Positions 25,116 through 37,620 of a stretch of DNA of 64,000 nt are shown here, in pieces. Source of the stretch: Octopus sinensis (Eukaryota); NCBI RefSeq assembly GCF_006345805.1, contig NC_043000.1, forward strand, positions 59,892,001 through 59,956,000. The letters run 5' to 3'. Below the pieces are notes generated by a model that did no database searches, was not told where the DNA came from, and saw only the letters and a program-made list of their open reading frames with translations. Position 1 is the stretch's first letter; the number at the start of each line of letters is the position of its first letter. Made by a program: the position numbers and the translations under genes.

Positions 25116-27000
25116 CCATGCTAAATTAGACTGGAACCTGGTGCAGCTCTTCAGTTTATCAGCTCCAGCCAAACTGTCAAACCCATGCCAGCATGGAAAG
25201 TGGAAGTTAAATGACGATGATGATGATCTAATTCCTTTCTGGTGTGAAGCAGTTGTAGATTGACAATACAAAATACAGTACCATCAATTCAATGTGGTAG
25301 TGCAATGTGAATCTAAAAGACTGAAGTTTAAGCAATTTCTAGATTAATCACAAGAAACAACCATTCCAGATTACAGATTTTTCTAAACTAGAGGTGTCTA
25401 CCTCTAAATTAAACAAATGTTAAATTTATTTCAAAAAGATTAAATGAAATACAGATACAAGTACATTAGTATAACAGATACAAGTTTATTAAAACTTTAT
25501 TGAGCAAGGTACCAGTAAACTTGTCAGGTGACTGTGGGAATTAGAGATTCTAAATTATTGCAGATTACACTATGTAACAAAATTTTAATTTTTTGTTTTT
25601 GTCTTTGGTCAGCAAGTGCTATTTCCTATTTGCTTCTATCTAGAAATCAAAAGAAATGACTACTATTCCCTTCAAACTCTGCTTTTGTGACCTGGACATC
25701 AATGCTTTGAAACTGACCTATTTTTCCATTACATTTAAAAGTGATTCTGTGCTGAGTTGCTGAAGCAGAAATATCATTATAGCAGAAATATCATTATAGC
25801 AGAAATATCTCAATACCACAGATCTGCTTGTTAGTTGCTTGACCTTAACTACTTGAGCATATTTCTTAGTGGCTGGCAATATGTGCATCTCTGATCATGG
25901 TCATCATAGCCATGTGTTGAGAGGGATTCTTTGGGATTTGAATAAATGTAACAAAAGCAAAATTTGAAGGGAATATTAACCATTTTTCATGCTTTCTGGT
26001 AAGCAAATAGGAAATAACAGTTACTACCCAAGGACAAAAATCATGTTACACAGTGTTATAAGAGCTTCCAGACCATCAGTGTTAGGAAAGTCAGTGTACC
26101 TGTACTTTTTTAATAAATACTACGTTTGAGAACAAACCAATTACAGAAATAGTTATATAATATATTAAAAAAGAAAAGAATTCAAAATATAACTCTATGT
26201 AAAGACTCAGAGGAAATAAACTGGTATTATAAGAGTACTGCCAACAGTGCTAAAAATATTTATAATACTATACAAAACTATAAAATTGAAATGAAACTTT
26301 GCCTTAGTAGCTGATCAAACAAAAACAATAATACAGGGGGCATAGCAGTATCATTTCTAGACAAATAATAATGGCAATGTAGAAAGTCTAATCTAAATTA
26401 AAGAAAGTCAGCATCAAAATATGATGAATGCAGTTTATTTTGGGGATAAAGTACCATAAATGTGAATGCCTCATTCCTGTGTGTCAGTAGTAGAAATAAC
26501 TGATAAACTACATACAACTTTTGTAGAAACTGTTGGTCTACAGAAGTTTACTGATCTCATGTTCTTTAGTTAGATGATCAGAGAGGAAGCTAAAAATGCA
26601 TGATTGGCCATTCACTGTCTGTATAATAGGAACAAAAACTAAAGACAAAATCAGTGGTAAATTAAGAGGAGAGCTCAACTTCTAGCATCTGTTTGACAGT
26701 ACTTATTGTTACAGTCATCTCATCATCATCATCAACATCATTTGATGTTCACTTTTTCATGCTTGTGTGGGTCAAATGGAATTTGTTGAGGCAGATTTTC
26801 TATGGTTGGCTGCTAAGCTTCACCTATTTCCAAGCAATGTCATATTTTACTAAGGCCAGACATGTTTTCACAGAAGACTGAAATGAGCAACCTCACTTGT
26901 ATGATGATGATGTTCATTTACAACCACCATGTGATTTCTAGACAAATGTGTGCATATGCACGCGCACACACGCATGCACGCGCACACACGCATGCACGCG

Positions 27001-27043
<43 letters not shown>

Positions 27044-29596
27044 CAGGTTTCTTCCAGTTTCCATCAATTGAATCCACACACAAAGCTTTAGTCACCCTGG
27101 GCCTATATCAGAAGACACTTGTCCAAAGTTCCATGCAATAGGAATAAACCAAAAACCAAATGGTTACGTAACACGCTTCTTAACTGCACAGCTACACCCA
27201 TGACTATTTCATATTTCATAATTTTTTCAGAAGCCATTATGCAAAAAATTAAGAGTGGATGCTCTTCAATTAGAAGTAAATTATGTAAAAATCAAAAAAG
27301 AAAGTTTGAATAGAAGTTTAAGGACTGTCAAGATCCAGAAGGTACACCAGCAAGCAAGAGATTCAGAGAAAAAGTTGACAGCTACCAGATTCATAAGAAC
27401 AGCAGGATTTCAAAGATTAACAGGAGACAATATAGTTTAAATGAGACAATTAGTTTGGAACAATTCAGTATGAACAATCATAAACTGAAGAACATGGTCT
27501 ACTTTGGCAGGGCAGCTTGCTAGAGGTAATAGATGAGCTCTGTTATTTATTTGACTTAAATTTAGTGTACTGATATCTATGTTGTATGAGTCAGAAGTGT
27601 GATGATGTACAATAATGAAGCATTGACGATGAAGACAAAAGAATTACGGTCAGTCATTTATTTGACTTGAGTTGAACTGAGTATAATGTTGATATTTAGT
27701 TCTAGGTCAGTACTGACTGATCACTTCCACAATCAAAAGTATTCCAGCCATAACCATTCAAATAATCTGTTATTTCTATTTATTTTTACTTATTTTTTTC
27801 AAGCTATGAATTTAGAATTGTATTAATGTAGAATGTGATTTGAAAGTGATTCAGCTGCTAATTCTAGCAGGTTGAGTGAGTACCATGTAATGGTTCTATT
27901 ATAGTTTTTTATTTAATATATTATTTGGACCAGTGTGGTTCTTACCAAGCTGGAACATTACTGACTTGAATATTAAACTATGTATTCAAAATATATTTCA
28001 GTTATATGTGGGTAGAAGGGAAAGTAGTGTTTAGCAGACAAATTATCAGATTACATCTGTCAGATTTGATGATGAAGGAAATGATTGCTTGAAATGAAGC
28101 TATTTTGCAAATCCATCAAATTCATGCTAGCATTAAGAAAAGATGAAAGCAGGGATCAATGGTAATGATGAGAATGGATGGATGAGTGATAGAATGATTA
28201 GGTACAAGTAATCTCAAATGTAAGCTGTTGTTGTTGTTTAGCTCTCAGGTCAGTTGTGATCAAATAGATCTATGATCAAAGGCTTTCTAGCCACGACCAT
28301 CCTGTCTTTTTCTATCTATGACCATCCTGTCTTTTTCTAGCTATGACCATCCTGTCTTTGTTATAAGATGACAAGGTAATATATGGAAGAAATTTGGCTT
28401 TTATTCAAAGCAACTGTAGAGTGTTCCTCTCTGGTTTGTCATATACCAGTGTTGTATGTTTATATACAAATCAAAGCTTTGTTACCAACAAGTGTGTTTT
28501 TGTAACAAAAATTAAAACAATTTTCTCTTTTATCATTTTCACATAATGGTATATGTAACTGGAAGTTTGCAGTTAGGTTCAGGGGTGGGAGGTAAGTAAC
28601 TATACACCACATTAGAGGTTTACAATTCTGTCAACAATTATAATAACTTGACCTTCCACAGGCCTCAAACTAGAAAATGAAAATGTTACTTCTGGTAATT
28701 GTCAGCTTCATAGAAAACTATCATCTGTAGAACACCTGCTATAATAAATCTAGCAAAACTGATGTCAAAATTTTTTTCTCATTAAAAAAATTTCTTTTTC
28801 ATTATTATTAAATGAACAGAACTGAAACAGTAGAAATTAAATGAAAATGGGTTCTCTTTACACAACAAAATTCTAACATGCGGCTTCCATTCAAACATAC
28901 AGAACATACTCTTTTGCTCTCTCTTTCTTTCTCTCATCCCTGCACATATATCTATATATCTTTACACAGTCATATATCACTGAACTAGCTTTCTATCCTC
29001 CAGTTTCTTTCTGTTTTTGTTTTATTCATTCTTGGTTAAAAATAAATTACATTTTATTTGCAAGATCAGCCATAGAGGGAAGCGTATGTATAAGTGTAAA
29101 CCTCCTACCTTAGGTATAATCACTGTTACTGAAATAAAACAATAAACTTTCCATGTCACATAAAAAGTTGTTCTGTCTGTCTATCTGCTGTCTGTCTACT
29201 TTCTAATTTTACAGTAAATCCAGATGTTATGGGGAGTTAGTGATAAGGATCCTGCTATCCTCAAAACCATATTCAGCTAACTACACATCCCAAAGGAAAA
29301 CATTACATATGAGATGGGTGACACTTGTGATTAGCTTAATTTTGTGAGATAATTAAGAAAAGGTTTTAAATAGCAGGTCATATAAAATCTTCATTTCAAT
29401 TTTAGTTCCTACTAAGTTAAAATTTTCTAAGTCTACTGAATTAAGCTTTATATATAATTGCAGTTCACAAATATTGAGTAAAGTTGAATATGCAAGCAAA
29501 TGTCTTTCTCTTAGAAACTATATTCGGAATTTTCTCAGGTTCCATTCTAAACAGTTTACAAATGATTGAACCAGAAGGATAATCAAATTATTATTA

Positions 29597-29627
<31 letters not shown>

Positions 29628-31284
29628 TGGCACTTTACATTCAGAGTTCAAATCCCAGTAAAATCAACCTTGCTTTTCATCTCTCTGGAGTTGATAAAAT
29701 AAAAGTATGTAGTAGGGGCAATGTAAATGACTAGTCCCTACAACCAAAGTTGCCAGCTTGTGTCTATATTACAAATAATAATGATTATTATTACTGGAGT
29801 GACAGAAATAATGGACTGCCAGACTATATACTATGCTGTTGTGAGTTCAAAACTTTCCTGGGTCACTTCTTCCATTCTTCTGGGTTCAACAAAATAAGTA
29901 TTTACTGGGGACTGGGATTAATTTAATCCCAAATACCTGTCATACAGAAATGGAATTTTGTGCCAAAGTTACAAAATCAGTGACACAGCCTTACAATAAT
30001 AATCTAAGTCCAATCCTCTACATTCTGAATTCAAGTCCCATCAAAGGGTCAATAAAATGAGAGAGAGAGAGATTCAAGTAGAACGTTTTAGCAACTTAGC
30101 TCAGCTACTAGAGATAGCAGTAATATTGGTGCTAGTTGAAATGACTGTCAATGATGGTACAGATAATATTTATGGTAAAATAACATACATCATAGGGAAT
30201 GTTAAACCTTATAATTTTCAGTTGGTAGGAAGGTCAAAAGAAAATTTTAGAAGATTTTTTTTTTTTTTTAAATATACATGTATATACATATAATTTATTC
30301 CCCACTCTTAATTTGAAATTTGATTTTAATTAAAACCAATTTTTCTAGCAACAAAGACTATGTAATAAATACACAATAAAATATATATATACGATGCAAA
30401 AATTACCCAAAGAAGGAAAGAGAGGATAACAGTCCCCCTATATTGTTTTCAGAAAGGTAATGAAACTGGCCATTATAATTTATTAAAAAACTTGGCATAA
30501 ATATTTATCTATAACAATATACTTTTGTTACACAAATCAAGGAAACATATTCACATTAATAACAACAGCCATTATCATTATTTATTTATTTTAAACAACA
30601 ACAACAACAACAAGAGCATAATGACAAACTTGCAAAGGAAAGGAAATATGAATAGACTTGATGTAAAAGATTTGAATCTTCCAACGCCACTGAACCATGC
30701 TTAATGTACCACTGCAGTTCAAATGTCAAGAAAATAAAATAATAATGTTTGATGGTGAAGTGGTGAGGGTAGTGAGCTTTGGTTTGTGCAAATTGCAACA
30801 ACAGTTATCAAATACAATACTTGGCGAGCAACTGAATATGCAGACTAAAGTTTCCCCATTGTCAACAGATAATGCTTTACAGATGCCATAAATGGATATT
30901 AGCAGAGTTTGACTAAGTAAGCCATAGAATCATACCGTGTAAAGTTTATCAAAACATAAATGACTCAACACCATTCAATTTGAGGATGAATCACTTGTAG
31001 CAAAACTCTTTGATCAATGAAGCTGTCATAAGATTTTGTGTACTGATGTACGCATCACAAGGATCAGGGGGCATAACTGTGAATAGGGAGATGGGGAGGA
31101 AAAGTCAGCGGATTAGGGGGAATAAAATAAAGGTTCTAACAAGTGGAACAAGAGTAGCTCTTTTATTCTTCTGGTATAAATAGGAATGTTAAAGAATTTG
31201 CTGAATATGGTGCATCAGTGAATAAGAGAGTAAAAAGATAAAATATTTCAACTTTTCTATTTCTTTTTTCTTTTTATTTTCCAG

Positions 31285-31320
31285 AAAAAATTTTTCTTTA
31301 TTAATGCTGGAGGCAGCCAG
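31285..31320 (+). CDS. Candidate 36-nt symmetric exon (KKFFFINAGGSQ or KNFSLLMLEAA), gene unidentified
   Basis: Long polypyrimidine acceptor ttcttttttctttttattttccag and donor CAG|gtaaca. Two frames are open. Confidence 0.3.
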
Positions 31321-31594
31321 GTAACAACCCCATCCACCACTAATTTTTAATTTCTCTCTAACTGTTGGCTCATGAAATTAAAAAATTTAAATTACCTAAT
31401 TAAAGTTTAGACACACAAAAGACCTCACATGGAAACAACCATACATGAAATGAAATACATACCAGAGAAATTATTCTACATTTTAGTGAAGTGAATTGGA
31501 ATAAATATATGAATCAATCAAATATTTTCTAATTATCAAAGCAGTTTAAAGTCTCTCTCTCCCCCTATATATGTAAATGCATGTGTGTATGTGT

Positions 31595-31970
31595 GTGTAT
31601 TTGTGGCATGGCTGTGTGGTAAAGAAGCTTGCTTTCCAACCACATGATTCCGGGTTCAATCCTGTTGTATGGCACCTTGTATGTTTTTTACTACAGCCTT
31701 GGGCCGACCAAAGCTTTGTGAGTGGATTTGGTAGACAGAAACTGAAAGAAGACCGTCGTGTGTGTGTGTGTCTTTGTGTTTGTTCCTTCAGCACCACTTG
31801 ACAACTGGTGTTGGTGTGTTTACATCCCCATAACTTGACGGTTCGGCAAAAAAACTGATATAATAACTACTACACCTAAAAAACAAGTCTTGGGGTCAAT
31901 TTGTTCGACTAAACCCCTTCAAGGTAGTGCTCCAGCATGATCGCAGTCAAATTACTGAAACAAATAAAAG
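31595..31970 (+). mobile_element. CORE-like SINE (family B), long form with internal (TG)n
   Basis: GGCATGGCTGTGTGGTAAAGAAGCTTGCTTTCCAACCACATGATTCCGGGTTCAATCC...(TG)n...GCTCCAGCATG..CGCAGTCAAAT.ACTGAAACA. The same form occurs at 47490-47872(+), 44750-45132(-) and 54410-54740(-). Confidence 0.85.
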
Positions 31971-31987
31971 AATATGCACACACACAT

Positions 31988-32034
<47 letters not shown>

Positions 32035-32466
32035 ATATATTCACACACGTGTGTGTGCATATTGTTTAACACAGTGATCAGTGGAAAGGCAAATTTGTCA
32101 TCCTACTACATAGCAAAGAAGAAAGAATTTTATGGATACAAACTCTATACTGTTGCTTTGTTCATGAAAAGACTAGCAAAGATTTCACTTTATTTTCTTT
32201 ATGAGAGATGGGGACGATAAATCTGATGTTTGTCAGTTTGAAAACTACTGGTTTAGCAACAGTCTTTTTTTACTAGAGCAGACTTATGGTTAAAAAAATT
32301 TCAGCCATGACTATCCCATATTTTATTTAGGCAGTGTATTCAAGGACTAATTTATCTGATGTGTCATTTTTTATAACATTATAAAAAGTTTGAAGGAGAT
32401 TTAGCTGCTGTTTCTAACAGATCAAGCAAACACATAAAGTCTTCTCCATCAGCTCATGCACACACA

Positions 32467-32506
<40 letters not shown>

Positions 32507-32869
32507 GTATATATGAATGGATGGATATAGCAAATTTGCAGAGTCATTATACTTTGTGGTATTTATATTCCAGTTCTCTATCCTCCAAGTTCAAATATTA
32601 CCAAGATCAACTCTGCATTTCTTCCTTTTAGAGTCAATGAATAAAGTGTTAATTCAAAGTCAAAGTAGTAAATTGATGGAGTTGTTCATGCCAGACAAGA
32701 TGCCTTACACTGTCTCTTCTGGTTCTTTGTGTTCTGAGTTCAAATTTTATCTAGAAAAATCTCCCTCTCTGGAGTCCAGTAAATACAGTGTGTTCAGGCT
32801 AAATTTGACAATATTTTTCTTGTCTCCGTTTTTTTCTAGAGCAGCTTGATGTACTGGTGAACAGTCAGC

Positions 32870-34546
32870 AGCACTGGAGAGCATAAACATTAAAGCTGTA
32901 CTGGAAAAAAGTTAGCTGACATGGTGGACTGAAAGCTATCGGAAAATGGTTGCTACTGGAAGACCATATGTGTGCAGCAGGATTCAGCTCCTTGCCATGC
33001 CTTCTACAGCTTTACCAGCCCTAATTTTAGCTTCTTACTTTCCCTTTGTATAATCCCATGGAATATTATGAATGGGGTATGATTGAGATTGAGAATGACA
33101 CCAACTGCTCTGCCTGCTCCACCAAGGCTAAGCTGATAGCCTAGACCAAGGGACACAGTGAAGAACACATGAGCCAAGTTCTGGAGCCATTTTAAGGCCA
33201 TGGTATCGGGTTGGCAACTAAGTTAGCACCGTTTTTTTAAATTTTGGAATCTATTTTTTCGAGAATTCTAGTTTTGAATCATTTTGAAATCTTCCCCCCC
33301 CCCCAGTTAATTTTAGTTAATTTTGGTTTGTCAAGTTAGAAAAATGAGCATTTTTGACACCTTCATTTTGCTTTCAACCAAGGTTCTAAGGACACAAAAG
33401 TTGCTTGTGACATTTGTGCTGGAGAGGGTGACATAGCTGAAAGAACCACTCATGCCAAGTTCAAAAATGGAAATTTTGACCTCAAAGACACACTTCGTTC
33501 TGGCTGTCCAGTTGTGTTCGATGAAGAGCGATTAAACCAACTTTTGCACAAAAATTCTTGTCAAATGACAAGGGAGCTGGCAGAGAAAATGGAATGCTCC
33601 CACACTGCTGTAGAGAAGCATCTTCACTTGATGGGAAAGGTTCAGAAGTATGGCGCATGGTTTCTGCATGCTTTAAGTGACAACAACAAAAATCAATGAG
33701 CCACAATCTCTGCTGGTTTGCTTGTTCGTCACCATTTAACTCAAGGACATAAGCAACAATTTCTTTACTGAATCATTACTGGCAATGGAAAATGGTGCCA
33801 GTACATCAATATGAAGTAGAGTAAGGAATGGCTTAATCCCGGTAAACAAGCGACACTGCACGTGAAACAAGATCTTCATCCACGTAAAACGATGTTGAGT
33901 GTATGGTGAGACTGGGAAGGGATTATGCATTACGAATTGCTTGAATGGAACCAAATGGTCAATGTGGAACTCTATGTTCAACACATGGAACGACTCAACA
34001 TGGCTACTCAAGAAAAAAGAACTAATTGGCAGAGCATGGAGTATTTGTGCTGCATGACAACACCCGCCCTCATATCACCAATATGACCAAGGAAGCCATT
34101 CAAACGAATGGCTGGGAAGTGCTGCCACACCTGCCATACTCTACTGATTTGGCACCAATGGATTTCCACCTCTTTTGATCTCTTTCAAATGCTATGCGCG
34201 GAGTTTCTTTCAATACTGATGTGGAATTGAAAGCTTGGTTGGATCAATTTTTCGAGTCGAAATCTGGTGATTTCTACCAACAAGGTATTGAAAATCTTGT
34301 TGAACGTTGGGAAGAAGTTGTAAACAACAAGGATGAAAACATTATTTAAATTTAAATTTCAAAAAATGGCAGGAACTTAGTTGCCAACCCAATAGAAGCT
34401 GAAGGCAGTTGCTTTGAGTAAATTGCTATCTCCTAACCATTACCTAGTTGATATATTTTGACTTTTTAAAATACTTTTATTTTTGGATGAAATATATTTT
34501 CTTTTCCTATTATGCAAACTGTTGAATCTAGCCCAAACACTCTGTA
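32870..34546 (+). mobile_element. DD37D/maT-like Tc1-mariner relic, interrupted by the mariner below
   Basis: GRPYV, QQDSAPCH and NPMEYYEWG (cf. NPxDY) in 32955-33205. Sequence resumes after 34394 with EAEGSCFE* and ends ...CACTCTG-TA at 34546. It is homologous to 50505-50961. Confidence 0.75.
33206..34392 (+). mobile_element. Full-length defective mariner (DD34D), 1187 bp
   Basis: TIRs TCGGGTTGGCAACTAAGTT and AACTTAGTTGCCAACCCAA (18/19 match), TA TSD at 33204-33205 and 34393-34394. Motifs RSG.P, GAWFLHAL (WVPHEL), HDNTRPH and PYSTDLAPMDFH, with exactly 34 residues between the second and third D. Stops and frameshifts are present. Confidence 0.97.
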
Positions 34547-36205
34547 GTAAGGCTAGTGTGAATTGCTGGCACTAAGAAGAATGTGAAAAAGAGACAGCTT
34601 ATGAAATTCTAATGAATTCACAAAATTATGTGGCAATTCACTTCTGAAGCTTTCAATTCCAACCATAGCAAATTACTCTCTCTATCCACTCCAAGAGGTT
34701 TTTTGTGATGAAAAGATAAAGGTGTTTCATAGTTATAAATAATTAGTAAGGTATTTTATTAAGGTTTTATATTTAGCAATCAAATCAATCAATTAAACCA
34801 TCAATATTTCATTTATTACATGTCTGGCAAATTGAGTTAATTGGTAGACAAGTCTTAATGATTGGTAGCCATCAATAAGCTACCAGCGATTATAAATTAA
34901 CTTCAGATGAGACAATGATGTAGTCACTCAAATTCCAAGAAATAGCAGTGAAATTTCACTCAAATCACACTTTATATATTCTGAGTTCAAACCTATGCAG
35001 TTTATAAAAACAATGGTTGATGTATGTTGGTCTTCAATTTTGACTTGAGAAACACGGCTTATTCAAATGATACGTTACCTCACTGAAAGGTAATTTTATA
35101 ATTTATTTTACTGGTCAGTTGTTTGGTGAGTAATGGTCTTTAATCTTCACTCTGCTTAGATTTTGGCCAAGAAGAAGGAAGATCTTTTTTCTTTAGTAAA
35201 AAATTATATTTAATCCTTTAGCATTTAAACCAACCATAACTGGCCCAAATATTTTACTAGTTTTATATTCAAACTGACCAGATACAGGCTACACACCTAC
35301 CCTACATTGGCATTCTAAAAATAATAATATTATCAACATCTTGAAGCTATGAAGATAATGCGTGATTAATTCAAAACAATGTGAATAAAGAAGCATTACA
35401 TTTGACAGAATCATCATCGTTTAACGTCTGTTTTCCATGCTGGAAAATGAAAGCTAAAAGGGTTAAATGATAAAATCAAACCACTAATATATATAGCCTT
35501 TTGCTTCAATATCTTGAAAAATTTCATTTATGAAGCTTATATGGATAATTCATTATTTACTATCACTTTCACATCATTGAAGACTGTGTCTTTGGATTCA
35601 GTTGTATTAAAGTGTTAGTAATGTGTTAATACTACATCTAAGTTCCCTACAAATTCCCATTAATTACAGTCAGACTTCATAAAGTAAAAAACAAAAAAAA
35701 GCTACTTCTACCAAAATATGGAAAAGACATTGAAAGTGAAAGGTGCCAACTTTCTCAACCAACTAATTTATATAAATAAGTTGAGTTGAAATATAACATC
35801 AGCATGGCTGGCAATTATGTGACATTTGAAAGAAGAGATGGAATAATCAATAAATATATACATTGCATCTACAGTAAAAAGCCAAGAGTCTGGGATGCTT
35901 ATGCATAATTCTTTCTTTCATAATCTTGTTTTAGCTATCAAAGCTAAAGTCATACTGGAGCACTCCAAAGGTGAATGGAAATACTAAAAGCATAATAAAT
36001 AATAAAGTAGAACAATTACAGACAGACCTTAGAATATTTCAAAAATAAATTACTAGTTATATTGTTCAATACCAGTTCGTCCCTAATCCAGCAGAGAGGT
36101 GATCAAAAACATTCAAGCCATGACCAGTTCATTTGTTTTCATTGAAAGTGTATTTGGAAGTATCTTGTCCAATCTGTTCATCCTTCTTTAATATAGCAGA
36201 ACAGT

Positions 36206-36433
36206 TTAACCTTCTAGCATTTAAACTGGACAAATCTAGCCTAAATATTCTATTAGTTTTATGTTCAAACCAGCTTTGGCCTGTCCTTTATTTCAACTCT
36301 ATTACATCATTATAAAAATATGCAATCACACGACTAAAATCTCAAAGCTACAAGATAAAGCATGATTAATTTAAAACAAAGTGGATGAATAAGCATTACA
36401 TTAGACAGTGTAATCTGAGTGCTAAAGAGTTAA
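36206..36433 (+). mobile_element. piggyBac-type non-autonomous MITE (TTAA-CC...G-TTAA)
   Basis: TTAA at both ends. Homologous copies at 35210-35466, 48136-48350 (partial), about 53896-54105 (reverse) and 59251-59478. Confidence 0.8.
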
Positions 36434-37504
36434 GGCAGAATTGGCAGTTATTTCTAGCAGATCAAGTAGATATCTAATGTGTCCTTTTCTGAAGATATAG
36501 TATCATTTGAGCTTGTGAATTAATCATATTGAGAAGTATGTAAACAGAATTTGGGGAGGATAGAAGAGAGTTTTTGCATATCACATGTATGTGTAATAGC
36601 AAAGATTATTGAATGCTACACATATGACCTTATCTAAGTTTATAAATATCTCATATTATCACATTAATTCACTATATTTTAGATCAATTAGTTTTAAAAG
36701 ATACTGACAATTTAGTTGGTCTGGGAATGTTAATTCACTCGAAATTGTTGCATACAAGAGATTCCATTTTTTAGGAAGTACTGGAAAATGTTACATGGCC
36801 TCTGCATTTCTCCACAAATAGATATGTTCCTATGCAATATTTCAGCTACCTAAGTGCAAACCTGCGACTTACAAATTGAAACACACACACAAACACACAC
36901 ACACATTCATCATCGTTTTCATGCTCATGTTTCCATGCCTGTATGGGTAAGATAGAGTTCATTGAGGCAGATTTTCTATAGCTAGATGCCATTCCTGTAG
37001 CTAATCCTTACTTTTTTCTAAGCAAGTTAATATTTCCCTATGATTGGACATGATTTCACAGAACTTTGGGACTTAATGATTCAAGATGCATCAGCACAAA
37101 CATATACACAGACATACAAAAATATATACATATAGACACATGCGCATGCACACACACATGACAGGCTTCTTTCAGTTTCCATCAATAAAATCCATAAAGC
37201 ATTGATCAGCTCAGAGTTATAGTATAAACCACATGCCAAGGCAGCATACAGTAGGATTGAACCCAAAAACACCTGGTTCAGAAGCAAACCTCTTAGTCAT
37301 ACATCTATATCTGTGTCTATATTCACTTTTATATATTAAAATATCTGGATAAAGGGTGATTATATGTAAAGTTAGAGAATAAAGACACAAGGGGGTCTTT
37401 TCACAAAAGCTTATTCAAAATAACTCATTGAAAGAAAATTTCAAAATTAAGTTATTAGTTGGCTGGGTAAGTGGTTGGTTGATTGGTTGGTTGGTCGGTG
37501 TGTA

Positions 37505-37620
37505 TGTACAGGAATCGCTTACTTTACGGAAGTAATGCATTCCTGAAAATTTGGTTGCAACATGAAAATCAGTAATGTGAAATTAATTTTCCTATTGATC
37601 TTCATATTATCAAATAAGAT
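37505..37620 (+). mobile_element. Tigger/pogo-like terminal fragment
   Basis: TA-CAGGAATCGCTTACTTTACGGAAGTAATGCATTCCTGAAA resembles Tigger-type ends. Confidence 0.35.

Noticed and set aside
30600-31070. Possible RT or hAT relic
   Set aside because: Only vague motif echoes across several stops; cannot be assigned.
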